Source: Vicinamibacterales bacterium (GTDB taxonomy: Bacteria > Acidobacteriota > Vicinamibacteria > Vicinamibacterales > JAMQPK01). From it: DNA of 64,000 nt. Shown here in pieces: positions 56,598 through 64,000 of this stretch. Within the stretch, counting starts at the first letter, position 1. Every line of letters begins with the position of its first letter. The translations under genes were made by a program, and so were the position numbers. The notes beneath the pieces are model-generated. The model saw nothing but the letters and a program-made list of their open reading frames with translations, was not told where the DNA came from and ran no database searches. Location: assembly GCA_963821395.1 (NCBI GenBank), contig CAWGDY010000030.1, forward strand, positions 134,195 to 198,194. Direction: 5' to 3'.

Positions 56598-57497
56598 TCA
56601 GACGGGCCTCGTCAGGAACCAGGCCGCCAGAAGGCCGGCCAGTACGACGAGGACGATGAAGACCGCCTTGCCCTTCCCGCCCTTCGGCCGGAGACGGACC
56701 GGCTCTGCCATCCCCGCGGCTTCCGCCGCCTCGGTGCGCGTGTCGACCATCGCCGCGACGCCGCGAAGCTCGGCCGCAATCGCCGCCGCGCTTTGCGCGC
56801 GATGCTCGACGGTGGCCGCGAGCATGCGCGCGATGATTTGCTCGAGCTCGGCCGGCACGCCGGGATTCAGGCCGCTCAAGACCAGTCCCCGCGCGCGCTG
56901 GCGGCCGGTGAACATCTCGAACATGACGGCGCCCAGCGAGTAGATGTCGCTGCGCGCGTCTGCCGGCTTGCCGGCGAGCTCTTCGGGCGAGACGTAGGGC
57001 GCGGCCGTGCTCAGGCGCCCCGCGCCGCCGGCGGTAAACGCCGCGAGGCCGAAGTTCATGAACTTCGCCCGGTCCTTGGGCGTGATCACGATCGTGTCGG
57101 GCCTGATGTCTCCGTGAATCAGGCCGGCCCCGTGCGCGTCGGCCAGGGCGTCGGCCAGGTTGATGCTGAACTCCAGCGCTCGTCTGACGTGCAGCGGACG
57201 GCCGTTGATGAGCGACGCCAGCGGCTCTCCCTGCACGAACTCGAACACGAGGTAGTAGCAGTTGTCGACCTGTCCGCCCTCGAAGAGCATCGCGATGTTC
57301 GGGTGCGAGAGGCGCGTCAGGCGCTGCGCGACGTCCCCCAGCGCATCGAATTTCGCCGCGTTGTTCGTGACAGACGGAGGCATCACCTTGATGGCCACCG
57401 TGCGCCCGAGCTTCGTGTCGCGAGCGCGATACACCTCGCCGAGACCGCCAGAACCCAGCGTTTCGAGAATCTTGAAATGTGCGATGGAGTCCGGCAT
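56598..57497 (-). CDS. Tail-anchored Ser/Thr protein kinase-like protein, predicted pseudokinase
   Basis: ATG at 57497 (MPDSIAHFKILETLGSGGLGEVY). VAIK Lys is present. The catalytic loop reads HGDIRPDT instead of HRDxKPxN. DFG is replaced by NFG. SPE is retained. A single C-terminal TM helix (AVFIVLVVLAGLLAAWFL) ends 5 aa before the stop. Confidence 0.8.
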   Translation of the reverse strand: MPDSIAHFKILETLGSGGLGEVYRARDTKLGRTVAIKVMPPSVTNNAAKFDALGDVAQRLTRLSHPNIAMLFEGGQVDNCYYLVFEFVQGEPLASLINGRPLHVRRALEFSINLADALADAHGAGLIHGDIRPDTIVITPKDRAKFMNFGLAAFTAGGAGRLSTAAPYVSPEELAGKPADARSDIYSLGAVMFEMFTGRQRARGLVLSGLNPGVPAELEQIIARMLAATVEHRAQSAAAIAAELRGVAAMVDTRTEAAEAAGMAEPVRLRPKGGKGKAVFIVLVVLAGLLAAWFLTRPV

Positions 57498-57505
57498 GCG
57501 TGCGG

Positions 57506-58231
57506 CTACTTCTTCGGCGGCTTCGACGGCCTGATTTCGACGCGGCTGGGCAGGCTGCGCTCGTCGTGCGACACGAGATCGACGACCACCTGCGCGACAT
57601 CCTCGGCGCGCAGCTTCCAGTCGTTCTGCGGATCGGCGTGGCCCATGAAATCCGTGTTCACCGAGCCCGGCTTGACGTAGCTGACGCGTATGCCGTCCTG
57701 CCGCACTTCCTGCATGAGCGCCTCGCTGAACGCATCGACCGCCGCTTTCGACGCGCAATAGGACGCGCCTCCGGAAAAGGGGTTGCTGCCTGCCAGACTG
57801 CTGATGTTGATGATGTAGCCGCCGCCGCGGCGCCTGAGATGCGGCACGGCCGCCTTACAGCAATTGAAGATGCCGGTCACGTTCGTGTCGAACACGCGGC
57901 GCCAGTCGTCGTGTCCCTGCGACTCGACGCTGCCGAACCATCCAACACCGGCGTTGTTCACGAGAATGTCGAGCCCGTCCTGCCGCCGGACGGTCTCGTC
58001 GACGAGCGAGGCCACGGCCAGATGGTCGCGCACGTCGACCGCGAACGGCAGCACGCGCGCGCCCTGCGTCGCCACCCTGGCCAGGCCGGCTTCCGCCTTT
58101 TCGAGATGGTCCTTGTTGAGGCCGGTAATCGCGACGTGAACGCCGCGTTGCAGAAGCGCGGCCGAAACAGCGAGCCCGATGCCGCGCGAACCACCGGTGA
58201 CGATCGCGACCTTCCCTTCGAGAGACGCCAT
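57506..58231 (-). CDS. Short-chain dehydrogenase/reductase (classical SDR)
   Basis: ATG at 58231 (MASLEGKVAIVTGGSRGIG). Also NNAG and YCASK. Confidence 0.88.
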   Translation of the reverse strand: MASLEGKVAIVTGGSRGIGLAVSAALLQRGVHVAITGLNKDHLEKAEAGLARVATQGARVLPFAVDVRDHLAVASLVDETVRRQDGLDILVNNAGVGWFGSVESQGHDDWRRVFDTNVTGIFNCCKAAVPHLRRRGGGYIINISSLAGSNPFSGGASYCASKAAVDAFSEALMQEVRQDGIRVSYVKPGSVNTDFMGHADPQNDWKLRAEDVAQVVVDLVSHDERSLPSRVEIRPSKPPKK

Positions 58232-58353
58232 GGCCAAACTATATGACAGCCCTAAACGGCTGTGCCACGTTATCGGCGTCAGATCGCTGGTGGCACAGGG
58301 CTTCCGCCTTCGCGTGAAGCTACGGCGGACCACCGTAGCCTTGGCGGCGGTGG

Positions 58354-59211
58354 TCAGCCCTGTCCTGCGAAGTATCCGGGCCGCGCTTTCACAGTGGTGC
58401 TGCGATTCCGCACGCGCACGTCGAGGCGATGCCACCCGCCCGCCGCGACACCTTCAGGGGAATAGCTGATCAGATAGCGGTTGCGGAATTCCTCGAGAAT
58501 TTTTGCAAACACCGCGGACAACCCGCCGGTCGACTCGACCGAAAAGAGCCGCCCGCCCGTCATCTCGGTGAGATCGCGCGGAAAGCTCGCGCGCCGCGCA
58601 CCCACTTCCACGCCGTACACGACAACGTCGCCGCGCCGCGCGGTCTCGAGCACCGACTCGGCATCGAGCCAGCTCGACGTGTCGACGCCATCACTGAACA
58701 CGATGAGCAGCGAGCGTCCGACGTCGGATTCGCCGATGAGCATGCCGGTGTGCGCGGCGTCGATGAGCGACGTCAGGCCTTCGCCGCGATTCTGGAACAG
58801 CAAGGCCCGCACGCGATCCAGATCCTCGGTGAGCGACTGATTGGCCGACACGATGTGGCTGAACGCCACCAGCGCCGCGCGATCGCCCGGTTTCAGGCCG
58901 TCGAGCACCGTGCTGCCCGCGGCCTGCAAATGGCCGAGCCGGAGACCCTGCAGGCTCGCGCTCATGTCGAGGGCCAGCACGACGTTCAGGGGAATCTGCT
59001 CGAAGCTGGCGAGATCGACCGTCTGCCGCACGCCGTTGTCCAGCACTTCGAAGTCGCCCGGCACCAGGCCCTGGACTGGCTGCCCGTTTGCGGTGACGAG
59101 CACGTCCACGCGGACCGCTTCGATTCGGCTCGAAAAGGTTTGCGCCAGCGGGAGGGCGACCGCCAGCGCGAGCGCGCCGGCCAGCGTCAGAGCAGATCGT
59201 AGTAATCCCAC
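58354..59211 (-). CDS. Secreted von Willebrand factor A domain protein
   Basis: 285-aa ORF with a signal peptide. Intact MIDAS residues: LDMSAS (DxSxS), GLTSL and FSDGVDT. Confidence 0.85.
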   Translation of the reverse strand: MGLLRSALTLAGALALAVALPLAQTFSSRIEAVRVDVLVTANGQPVQGLVPGDFEVLDNGVRQTVDLASFEQIPLNVVLALDMSASLQGLRLGHLQAAGSTVLDGLKPGDRAALVAFSHIVSANQSLTEDLDRVRALLFQNRGEGLTSLIDAAHTGMLIGESDVGRSLLIVFSDGVDTSSWLDAESVLETARRGDVVVYGVEVGARRASFPRDLTEMTGGRLFSVESTGGLSAVFAKILEEFRNRYLISYSPEGVAAGGWHRLDVRVRNRSTTVKARPGYFAGQG

Positions 59212-60314
59212 CAGGGATCCTCCCGCTGCCGTTCCGCATCGGGCAGCTTCGCGAGAATCTGAAGCTCCCGCTGCGCGGCCGCACGGCTGCCCATGCGCCT
59301 GGCGATGTTGCTGAGCGCAAGGCGCGGCGTCTGCGCGTTGGGGTACAGCGCCGCCGCCTGTTCGAGCGACGTGCGAGCGGCTTCGTACTCTCCAAGCGCT
59401 TCGTAGGCCCTCGACAGAAAGAGATGGGCGAGATACAGGCGGGCGCCGCTCGCGCCGTCATCCACGACGCGGCGCAGATCGGCAATCGCTTCTTTGTGGT
59501 GACCGAGCTCCCCCAGCACACGCCCGTGCCTCAGACGCGCGTCGGCATGGTCGGGATCGTTCACGAGCGCGTCGCGGTAATAACGCTCGGCGCGCGTCAG
59601 CTCGGCTTGAGCGGTGCCGATGGTCGAGACTCCTCGATTGTCGTCATCCAGCGACTTGGAGCCGGCCTGGAGGAGCGGCGACGCAAGCCGCTCGTGCAGG
59701 ACGCCCCTGTAGAACAGCAGGACGGCATCTTTCGGAAACAGCTGCAGCCCGCGGCTGAGGTGAGTCAGCGCCTCGACGAGCGATTGAATCCGCATCAGCT
59801 CGGCTGACGATTCCCGATACCAGGCGTGCACGCCTGGATTGGCCGCAGGCACCGGCATGACGCCGTCGAGCAGCAGGCGACCCAGTTGCCAATGGATCGT
59901 GAGGAACCTTCTCCCCTCCCACCGGCCGTCCTTGATGACGTAGACGCTCTGCTGGTTTTCCCAGCGCCGGGTCGTGTCGTCGGGAATCAGCCTGGCGATA
60001 TCGGCGTGGAGGGCCGCGCCGCGCAAGAGGAGTTGATTGGCCTCGTCGAGGTTCTGCTTCGCCAGCACGCGCGCGTGGCGCTTGGCGTCGACGACGACCG
60101 TTTCGAGCTCGCTGCCCGACCAGGTGGACACCTCGACGGCGCCCTTGCCGGGGTCGCCCGGCGTGTGCGAGCCGACGATCTCCAGCCATTGCTTGAACCG
60201 GTCGGCGCTCGTCGGTCCGCGCGGCTGCGCGGCCGCAGCTTCCCCGAATTGCGGGCAAAGAAGGAAAATTCCCGCAAGGGCCAGCCAGGAAGAAAGGCGG
60301 CGGGGCCTCGTCAA
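59187..60314 (-). CDS. Secreted TPR-repeat protein
   Basis: 375-aa ORF with a signal peptide. C-terminal TPR-like repeats (AERYYRDALVNDPDHADA.., LSRAYEALGEYEAA..). Overlaps the VWA gene by 25 nt. Confidence 0.7.
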   Translation of the reverse strand: MTRPRRLSSWLALAGIFLLCPQFGEAAAAQPRGPTSADRFKQWLEIVGSHTPGDPGKGAVEVSTWSGSELETVVVDAKRHARVLAKQNLDEANQLLLRGAALHADIARLIPDDTTRRWENQQSVYVIKDGRWEGRRFLTIHWQLGRLLLDGVMPVPAANPGVHAWYRESSAELMRIQSLVEALTHLSRGLQLFPKDAVLLFYRGVLHERLASPLLQAGSKSLDDDNRGVSTIGTAQAELTRAERYYRDALVNDPDHADARLRHGRVLGELGHHKEAIADLRRVVDDGASGARLYLAHLFLSRAYEALGEYEAARTSLEQAAALYPNAQTPRLALSNIARRMGSRAAAQRELQILAKLPDAERQREDPWWDYYDLL

Positions 60315-60347
60315 ACGGCTACAATAGCATCACAGAGGGAGCCCGAA

Positions 60348-60980
60348 ATGTCACGTCACATGGCCGCGCTCGCGGCGCTGCTTGTGGTCCTGTCCGGCTC
60401 GGGATTGCTGGCGATCCGTCCCAAAACCGAGGAGACGGCGGCGCCGAAGAAGTCGCCCGACGCGGCCGCGGCCGACGCGATGAACAGCGGCTTGAAGCGT
60501 CTCGCCAAGGCGGACGAGCTCGAGACGAAAAACCCCAAGCAGGCACGCAAGGACTACGAGGCGGCCCTCAAGGATTTCCAGACCGCCGTAAAACTGGCGC
60601 CGGGCAACTACCGGGCACACAACAATCTCGGCTACTCGTACCGGAAGCTGGGGAACTACGCGCGCGCGCTCGAGAGCTACGAACAGGCGCTGAAGCTGGC
60701 GCCGGCGTTTTCCGAGGCGATTGAATACAGAGCCGAGGCGTACCTTGGCCTGAATCGTCTCGACGAGGCGAAGCAGGCGTACATGCAGTTGTTCGTCAGC
60801 GACCGTATGACGAGCCACGTGCTGATGAAGGCCATGAAAGCGTGGGTGGCAAAGCGCCGCACGGATCCGGCGGGAGTGGATGCGGCCACGCTGAACGCGT
60901 TCGACGCCTGGGTGCAGGAGCGCGACACGCTCGCGGCCTCGGTTCTGAACCTCGGACACAACTCACCCGACTGGAGGTAG
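60348..60980 (+). CDS. Secreted TPR-repeat protein
   Basis: ATG at 60348 (MSRHMAALAALLVVLSG). TPR motifs: AHNNLGYSYRKLGNYARALESYEQALKLAP. Confidence 0.7.
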   Translation: MSRHMAALAALLVVLSGSGLLAIRPKTEETAAPKKSPDAAAADAMNSGLKRLAKADELETKNPKQARKDYEAALKDFQTAVKLAPGNYRAHNNLGYSYRKLGNYARALESYEQALKLAPAFSEAIEYRAEAYLGLNRLDEAKQAYMQLFVSDRMTSHVLMKAMKAWVAKRRTDPAGVDAATLNAFDAWVQERDTLAASVLNLGHNSPDWR

Positions 60981-60985
60981 CCCGC

Positions 60986-62101
60986 GTGAAGTACTGGCTG
61001 GGCCTGGCGGGCCTCATTTTCGTCGTCGTCCTTGCGTGGCCCGCGGCGGCCCAACCGTCGGCGGCGGCGTTCTTCGCGAGCCGTCTGCCGCAATGGTTTC
61101 CCGTCCCGAAAGTTCCTGTCGACAATCCGCTGACAGAGGAGAAGGTCGAGCTCGGCCGGTTTCTCTTCTACGACCCGCAGCTCTCGGGCAACGGCACGTA
61201 CTCGTGCGCCATCTGCCATCAGCAGGCGCTGGCGTTCACCGACGGCCTCGCGCGGGCCATCGGATCGACCGGCAGCGAGCATCCGCGCTCGAGCATGTCG
61301 CTCGCCAACGTCGCCTACAACGCCTCGTTCGGCTGGGAGGATCGCCGCTCGAGCCTCGAGTCGCAGATGGACGTGCCGATGAACAACGAGCTCCCCGTCG
61401 AGATGGGGTTGAAGGGCAACGAAGCGGAAGTGCTGGCGCGTTTCGCCATCGATTCAGCCTATGCCGAGCGGTTCCGCGCGGCGTTTCCCGGCGAGACATC
61501 TCCGGTGACGCTCGCCAACGTGGTCAAAGCGATCGCGTCGTTCGAGCGCGTGCTGGTGTCGGGGAATTCGGCCTTCGATCGCTATCTGTATCTCGACGAC
61601 CGCCGCGGCGTGTCCGATGCGGCCAGGCGCGGTGCGGCGCTCTTTTTCTCCGACCGGCTCCGTTGCAGCGAGTGCCACGGCAGCGTCAACATCTCGGGCC
61701 CCACGATCTTCACCGGCGCGATGCCGTCCGATCCCGAAGCGTTTTTCCACGACACAGGCGTGTCGGCGGAGCCGGCGAAGTTCCGCGCGCCGACGCTCCG
61801 CAACATCGCGGTGACCGCGCCGTACATGCACGACGGCAGCATCCCATCGCTGCGAGGCGTCATCGCGCACTACGCGACGGGCGGCAAGTATGACCGGCCG
61901 AAGAGCGACAAGGTGCGCGGCTTCATCGTCACGGCGGCAGAGACCGACGACCTCGTGGCGTTTCTCGGCTCGTTGACCGACCAGAAGTTCCTCACCAATC
62001 CCCAGTTCAGCAACCCTCTGAGCAATCCCGACATGCGCGAGGAATTGAAGCGGGGCGGACGAACGAAGTCAGAACCGCCCGAATGGCTCAAGGGGCACTG
62101 A
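60986..62101 (+). CDS. Di-haem cytochrome c peroxidase / MauG family protein
   Basis: GTG at 60986, 8 nt after GGAGG. Signal peptide. Two CxxCH motifs (CAICH and CSECH), plus PTLRNIAVTAPYMHDGS. Confidence 0.85.
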   Translation: MKYWLGLAGLIFVVVLAWPAAAQPSAAAFFASRLPQWFPVPKVPVDNPLTEEKVELGRFLFYDPQLSGNGTYSCAICHQQALAFTDGLARAIGSTGSEHPRSSMSLANVAYNASFGWEDRRSSLESQMDVPMNNELPVEMGLKGNEAEVLARFAIDSAYAERFRAAFPGETSPVTLANVVKAIASFERVLVSGNSAFDRYLYLDDRRGVSDAARRGAALFFSDRLRCSECHGSVNISGPTIFTGAMPSDPEAFFHDTGVSAEPAKFRAPTLRNIAVTAPYMHDGSIPSLRGVIAHYATGGKYDRPKSDKVRGFIVTAAETDDLVAFLGSLTDQKFLTNPQFSNPLSNPDMREELKRGGRTKSEPPEWLKGH

Positions 62102-62120
62102 CGTCGCCCCGCGATTACGA

Positions 62121-62969
62121 TTGATGTCGCTGGTTGCGATTATCGGCGCGGGCGAAATCGGCGGAGCCGTCGCTCGCGCGCTGGCATCGCGGGCGCGCGT
62201 CGACACGGTTCGCCTGATCGACGAGAAGGCCTCGATCGCCGCGGGCAAGGCGCTCGATTTGCTGCAGTCGGGACCGATCTCCCGCTCGGACACGCGCATC
62301 GAATCCGCGCAGGATTTGGCGGCGGCCGACGGCGCGTCGGCCATCGTCCTGGCCGACGCTGCGGAATCGGGCGAATGGGCCGGCGAGACGGGACTCGCTC
62401 TCCTGCGCCGGCTGGTCACGAGCGGCAGCCTCGATCGATCGGTCCTGATTTGTGCCGGCGCAGGACAACGCGCGCTGATGCAGCAAGGGATCGACGAGTT
62501 GGGTATTCCACGGCGTCGCATGGTCGGGTCGGCGCCCGAGTCGCATGCGGCGACGGCGCGCGCGCTGGTCGCCCTCGAGGCCCGCGCGGCGTCCGGACAG
62601 GTCGCACTCGCGGTGATCGGCAGGCCACCAGACCGGATTGCCATCCCATGGAGCGAGGCATCGGTGGCCGGGCACGGCATCTTCACCATGCTGAGCCCAC
62701 CGCAGTTGAATCAGATTGAAAGACGGCTGCACGGGCTGTGGCCGCCTGGTCCAGGCGCGCTCGGGACGGCGGCGGCGTTGTTCGCCGAAGCCGTTGCCGG
62801 CGACTCGCGCCGCATTGTCAGTGCGTTCGTGTCGCTCGACCGCGATAATGGGACCAGGGCTCCCGTCTGCGCCTGGCCCGTCACACTTGGCTCAGGCGGG
62901 CTCGACCGCGTCACGTCGCCGAAACTGACCGGACGCGACAAGGTCGTCGTCGATGAGGTATTGCAATGA
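62121..62969 (+). CDS. Lactate/malate dehydrogenase-like protein lacking the canonical catalytic residues
   Basis: 282-aa ORF with Rossmann IIGAGEIGGA and LID..AAGKALDL retained. The substrate-Arg loop, the NP(L)D position, LD..R (here PESHAATAR) and GGHGD (here IGRPPDR) are not conserved. Confidence 0.6.
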   Translation: MMSLVAIIGAGEIGGAVARALASRARVDTVRLIDEKASIAAGKALDLLQSGPISRSDTRIESAQDLAAADGASAIVLADAAESGEWAGETGLALLRRLVTSGSLDRSVLICAGAGQRALMQQGIDELGIPRRRMVGSAPESHAATARALVALEARAASGQVALAVIGRPPDRIAIPWSEASVAGHGIFTMLSPPQLNQIERRLHGLWPPGPGALGTAAALFAEAVAGDSRRIVSAFVSLDRDNGTRAPVCAWPVTLGSGGLDRVTSPKLTGRDKVVVDEVLQ

Positions 62970-64000
62970 AACGTCTGTTCGTCGCGCTGATCGCGTTCTC
63001 TCTCGGTGGTGTGTCGACCGGCGCGGATCCGCGCCGTGTCGATCCGAAGGCTTACATCGATCACGTCAAGTTCCTGGCATCCGACAACCTCGAGGGGCGT
63101 GGGAACGGCAGCCCCGGTCTCGAAACCGCCGCGGATTACATCGCCGCGAGGTTCCGGGACGCGGGACTCGAGCCTGCGGGCGACAACGGCACGTTCTTCC
63201 AGCGCTTCGAGATGACAACGGGACTGTCGGTCGAACCAGGCAACGTCTTCACGCTTCAGGCCGGGCGCAGCTCGATCCCGTTCGACATCGGCCGCGACTA
63301 CGAGATCGTGTCGACGTCACGCGATCAGTCGTCCCCGGGCGACACGTTGCCCCTCGTGTTCGCGGGCTACGGGATTTCCGCGCCCGGCCAGCACTATGAC
63401 GACTACGCCGGCATCGACGCCACCGACAAGGCCGTGCTGATTTTCACGCACGAGCCCCAGGAAAACGACGCGCGCAGCGCCTTCGAGGGGCAGACCAACA
63501 CGATTCATTCGACGATGATGCGCAAAGTCGAAGTGGCGAGAAATCACGGCGTCAAGGCCATGCTGGTCGTCGACGACCCCAATCATCGCCCCGCCCTCGA
63601 GCGGTTCCGCCGATGGATGCGCGAACCGCAGGCCGAGGAATACGGTCTCGCCGGTGTTCTATGTGTCACGCGACATGGTGCAGCGCGCGCTGGGCACCCG
63701 GGTGAACCTCGACACCATCTCCGACGACATCGACCGGGACTTCTCCCCCAAATCGCGCGAGCTCGGCGACGTGACGCTCCACGCCGTGGATCGCACGGTG
63801 AAGGTCCGGCGTCCCGTTCGCAATGTGATCGGCCTGCTGAAGGGCAGCGATCCCGCGCTTCAGGGCGAAACGGTCATCGTCGGCGCGCACTACGATCATC
63901 TCGGCCGGAGCGGGCGCTTCTCGATGTCGCAGAACACGACCGGCCAGATTCATCACGGCGCCGACGACAACGCGTCGGGCACCTCGGGCGTGATCGAAAT
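62966..64000 (+). pseudogene. M28 family aminopeptidase (secreted, PA-domain type), 3' end beyond the window, with a +1 frameshift near 63652 (or a sequencing error)
   Basis: Not in the ORF track (no stop in window). The ATG at 62966 forms an ATGA overlap with the upstream stop. MKRLFVALIAFSLGG..LASDNLEGRGNGSPGLETAADYIA.. reads to ..AEEYGLA. The next frame then gives VFYVSRDMVQRAL..NVIGLLKGSDP..VIVGAHYDHLG..HHGADDNASGTSGVIE. Confidence 0.8.

Overview
This is a high-GC bacterial chromosomal segment. Gene content (hpnCDE squalene genes, a CarboxypepD_reg-type TonB receptor, secreted VWA/TPR proteins) suggests an Acidobacteriota-like Gram-negative, but that is inference only. I support about 65 protein genes and found no rRNA, tRNA, CRISPR array, transposase, integrase or phage genes. 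Gene order, left to right: (1) the dcw cell-wall block murF-murE-ftsI-ftsL-rsmH-mraZ on the minus strand. (2) Divergent from mraZ, an Arn-like polyprenyl-phospho-(amino)sugar cluster with 3 GT2 enzymes, 2 SDR enzymes and a DegT aminotransferase. (3) murJ and a rhomboid protease. (4) A cupin-LemA-M48-DoxX operon. (5) A fused E1 alpha/beta dehydrogenase. (6) An orphan receiver next to a sensor-less kinase fused to a NarL-type regulator. (7) A TonB-dependent receptor. (8) A long, translationally coupled beta-oxidation operon. (9) A minus-strand housekeeping run: thioesterase, rhodanese, M20, Nth-like, MBL, HAD, S51, GNAT. (10) A ThyX-like gene, def, fbaB, and thiI-hpnE-hpnD-hpnC. (11) PduO, a mutY-like gene plus mutT, and ygfZ. 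(12) An FHA gene convergent with a TPR-VWA-SDR-pseudokinase-MBL operon. (13) A TPR, cytochrome c peroxidase, degenerate MDH-like and M28 operon. Two window-wide peculiarities stand out. First, at least 15 single-base frameshifts interrupt otherwise intact conserved genes, some essential and some compensated back into frame. Second, intergenic spaces hold a family of micro-tandem repeats and long hairpins built from GGTTCC/GGAACC-type units. No canonical defence or mobile system is visible. The most system-like candidates are the TPR-VWA-SDR-pseudokinase-MBL/FHA cluster and the fused kinase-regulator. All calls rest on manual motif reading, with no database searches.
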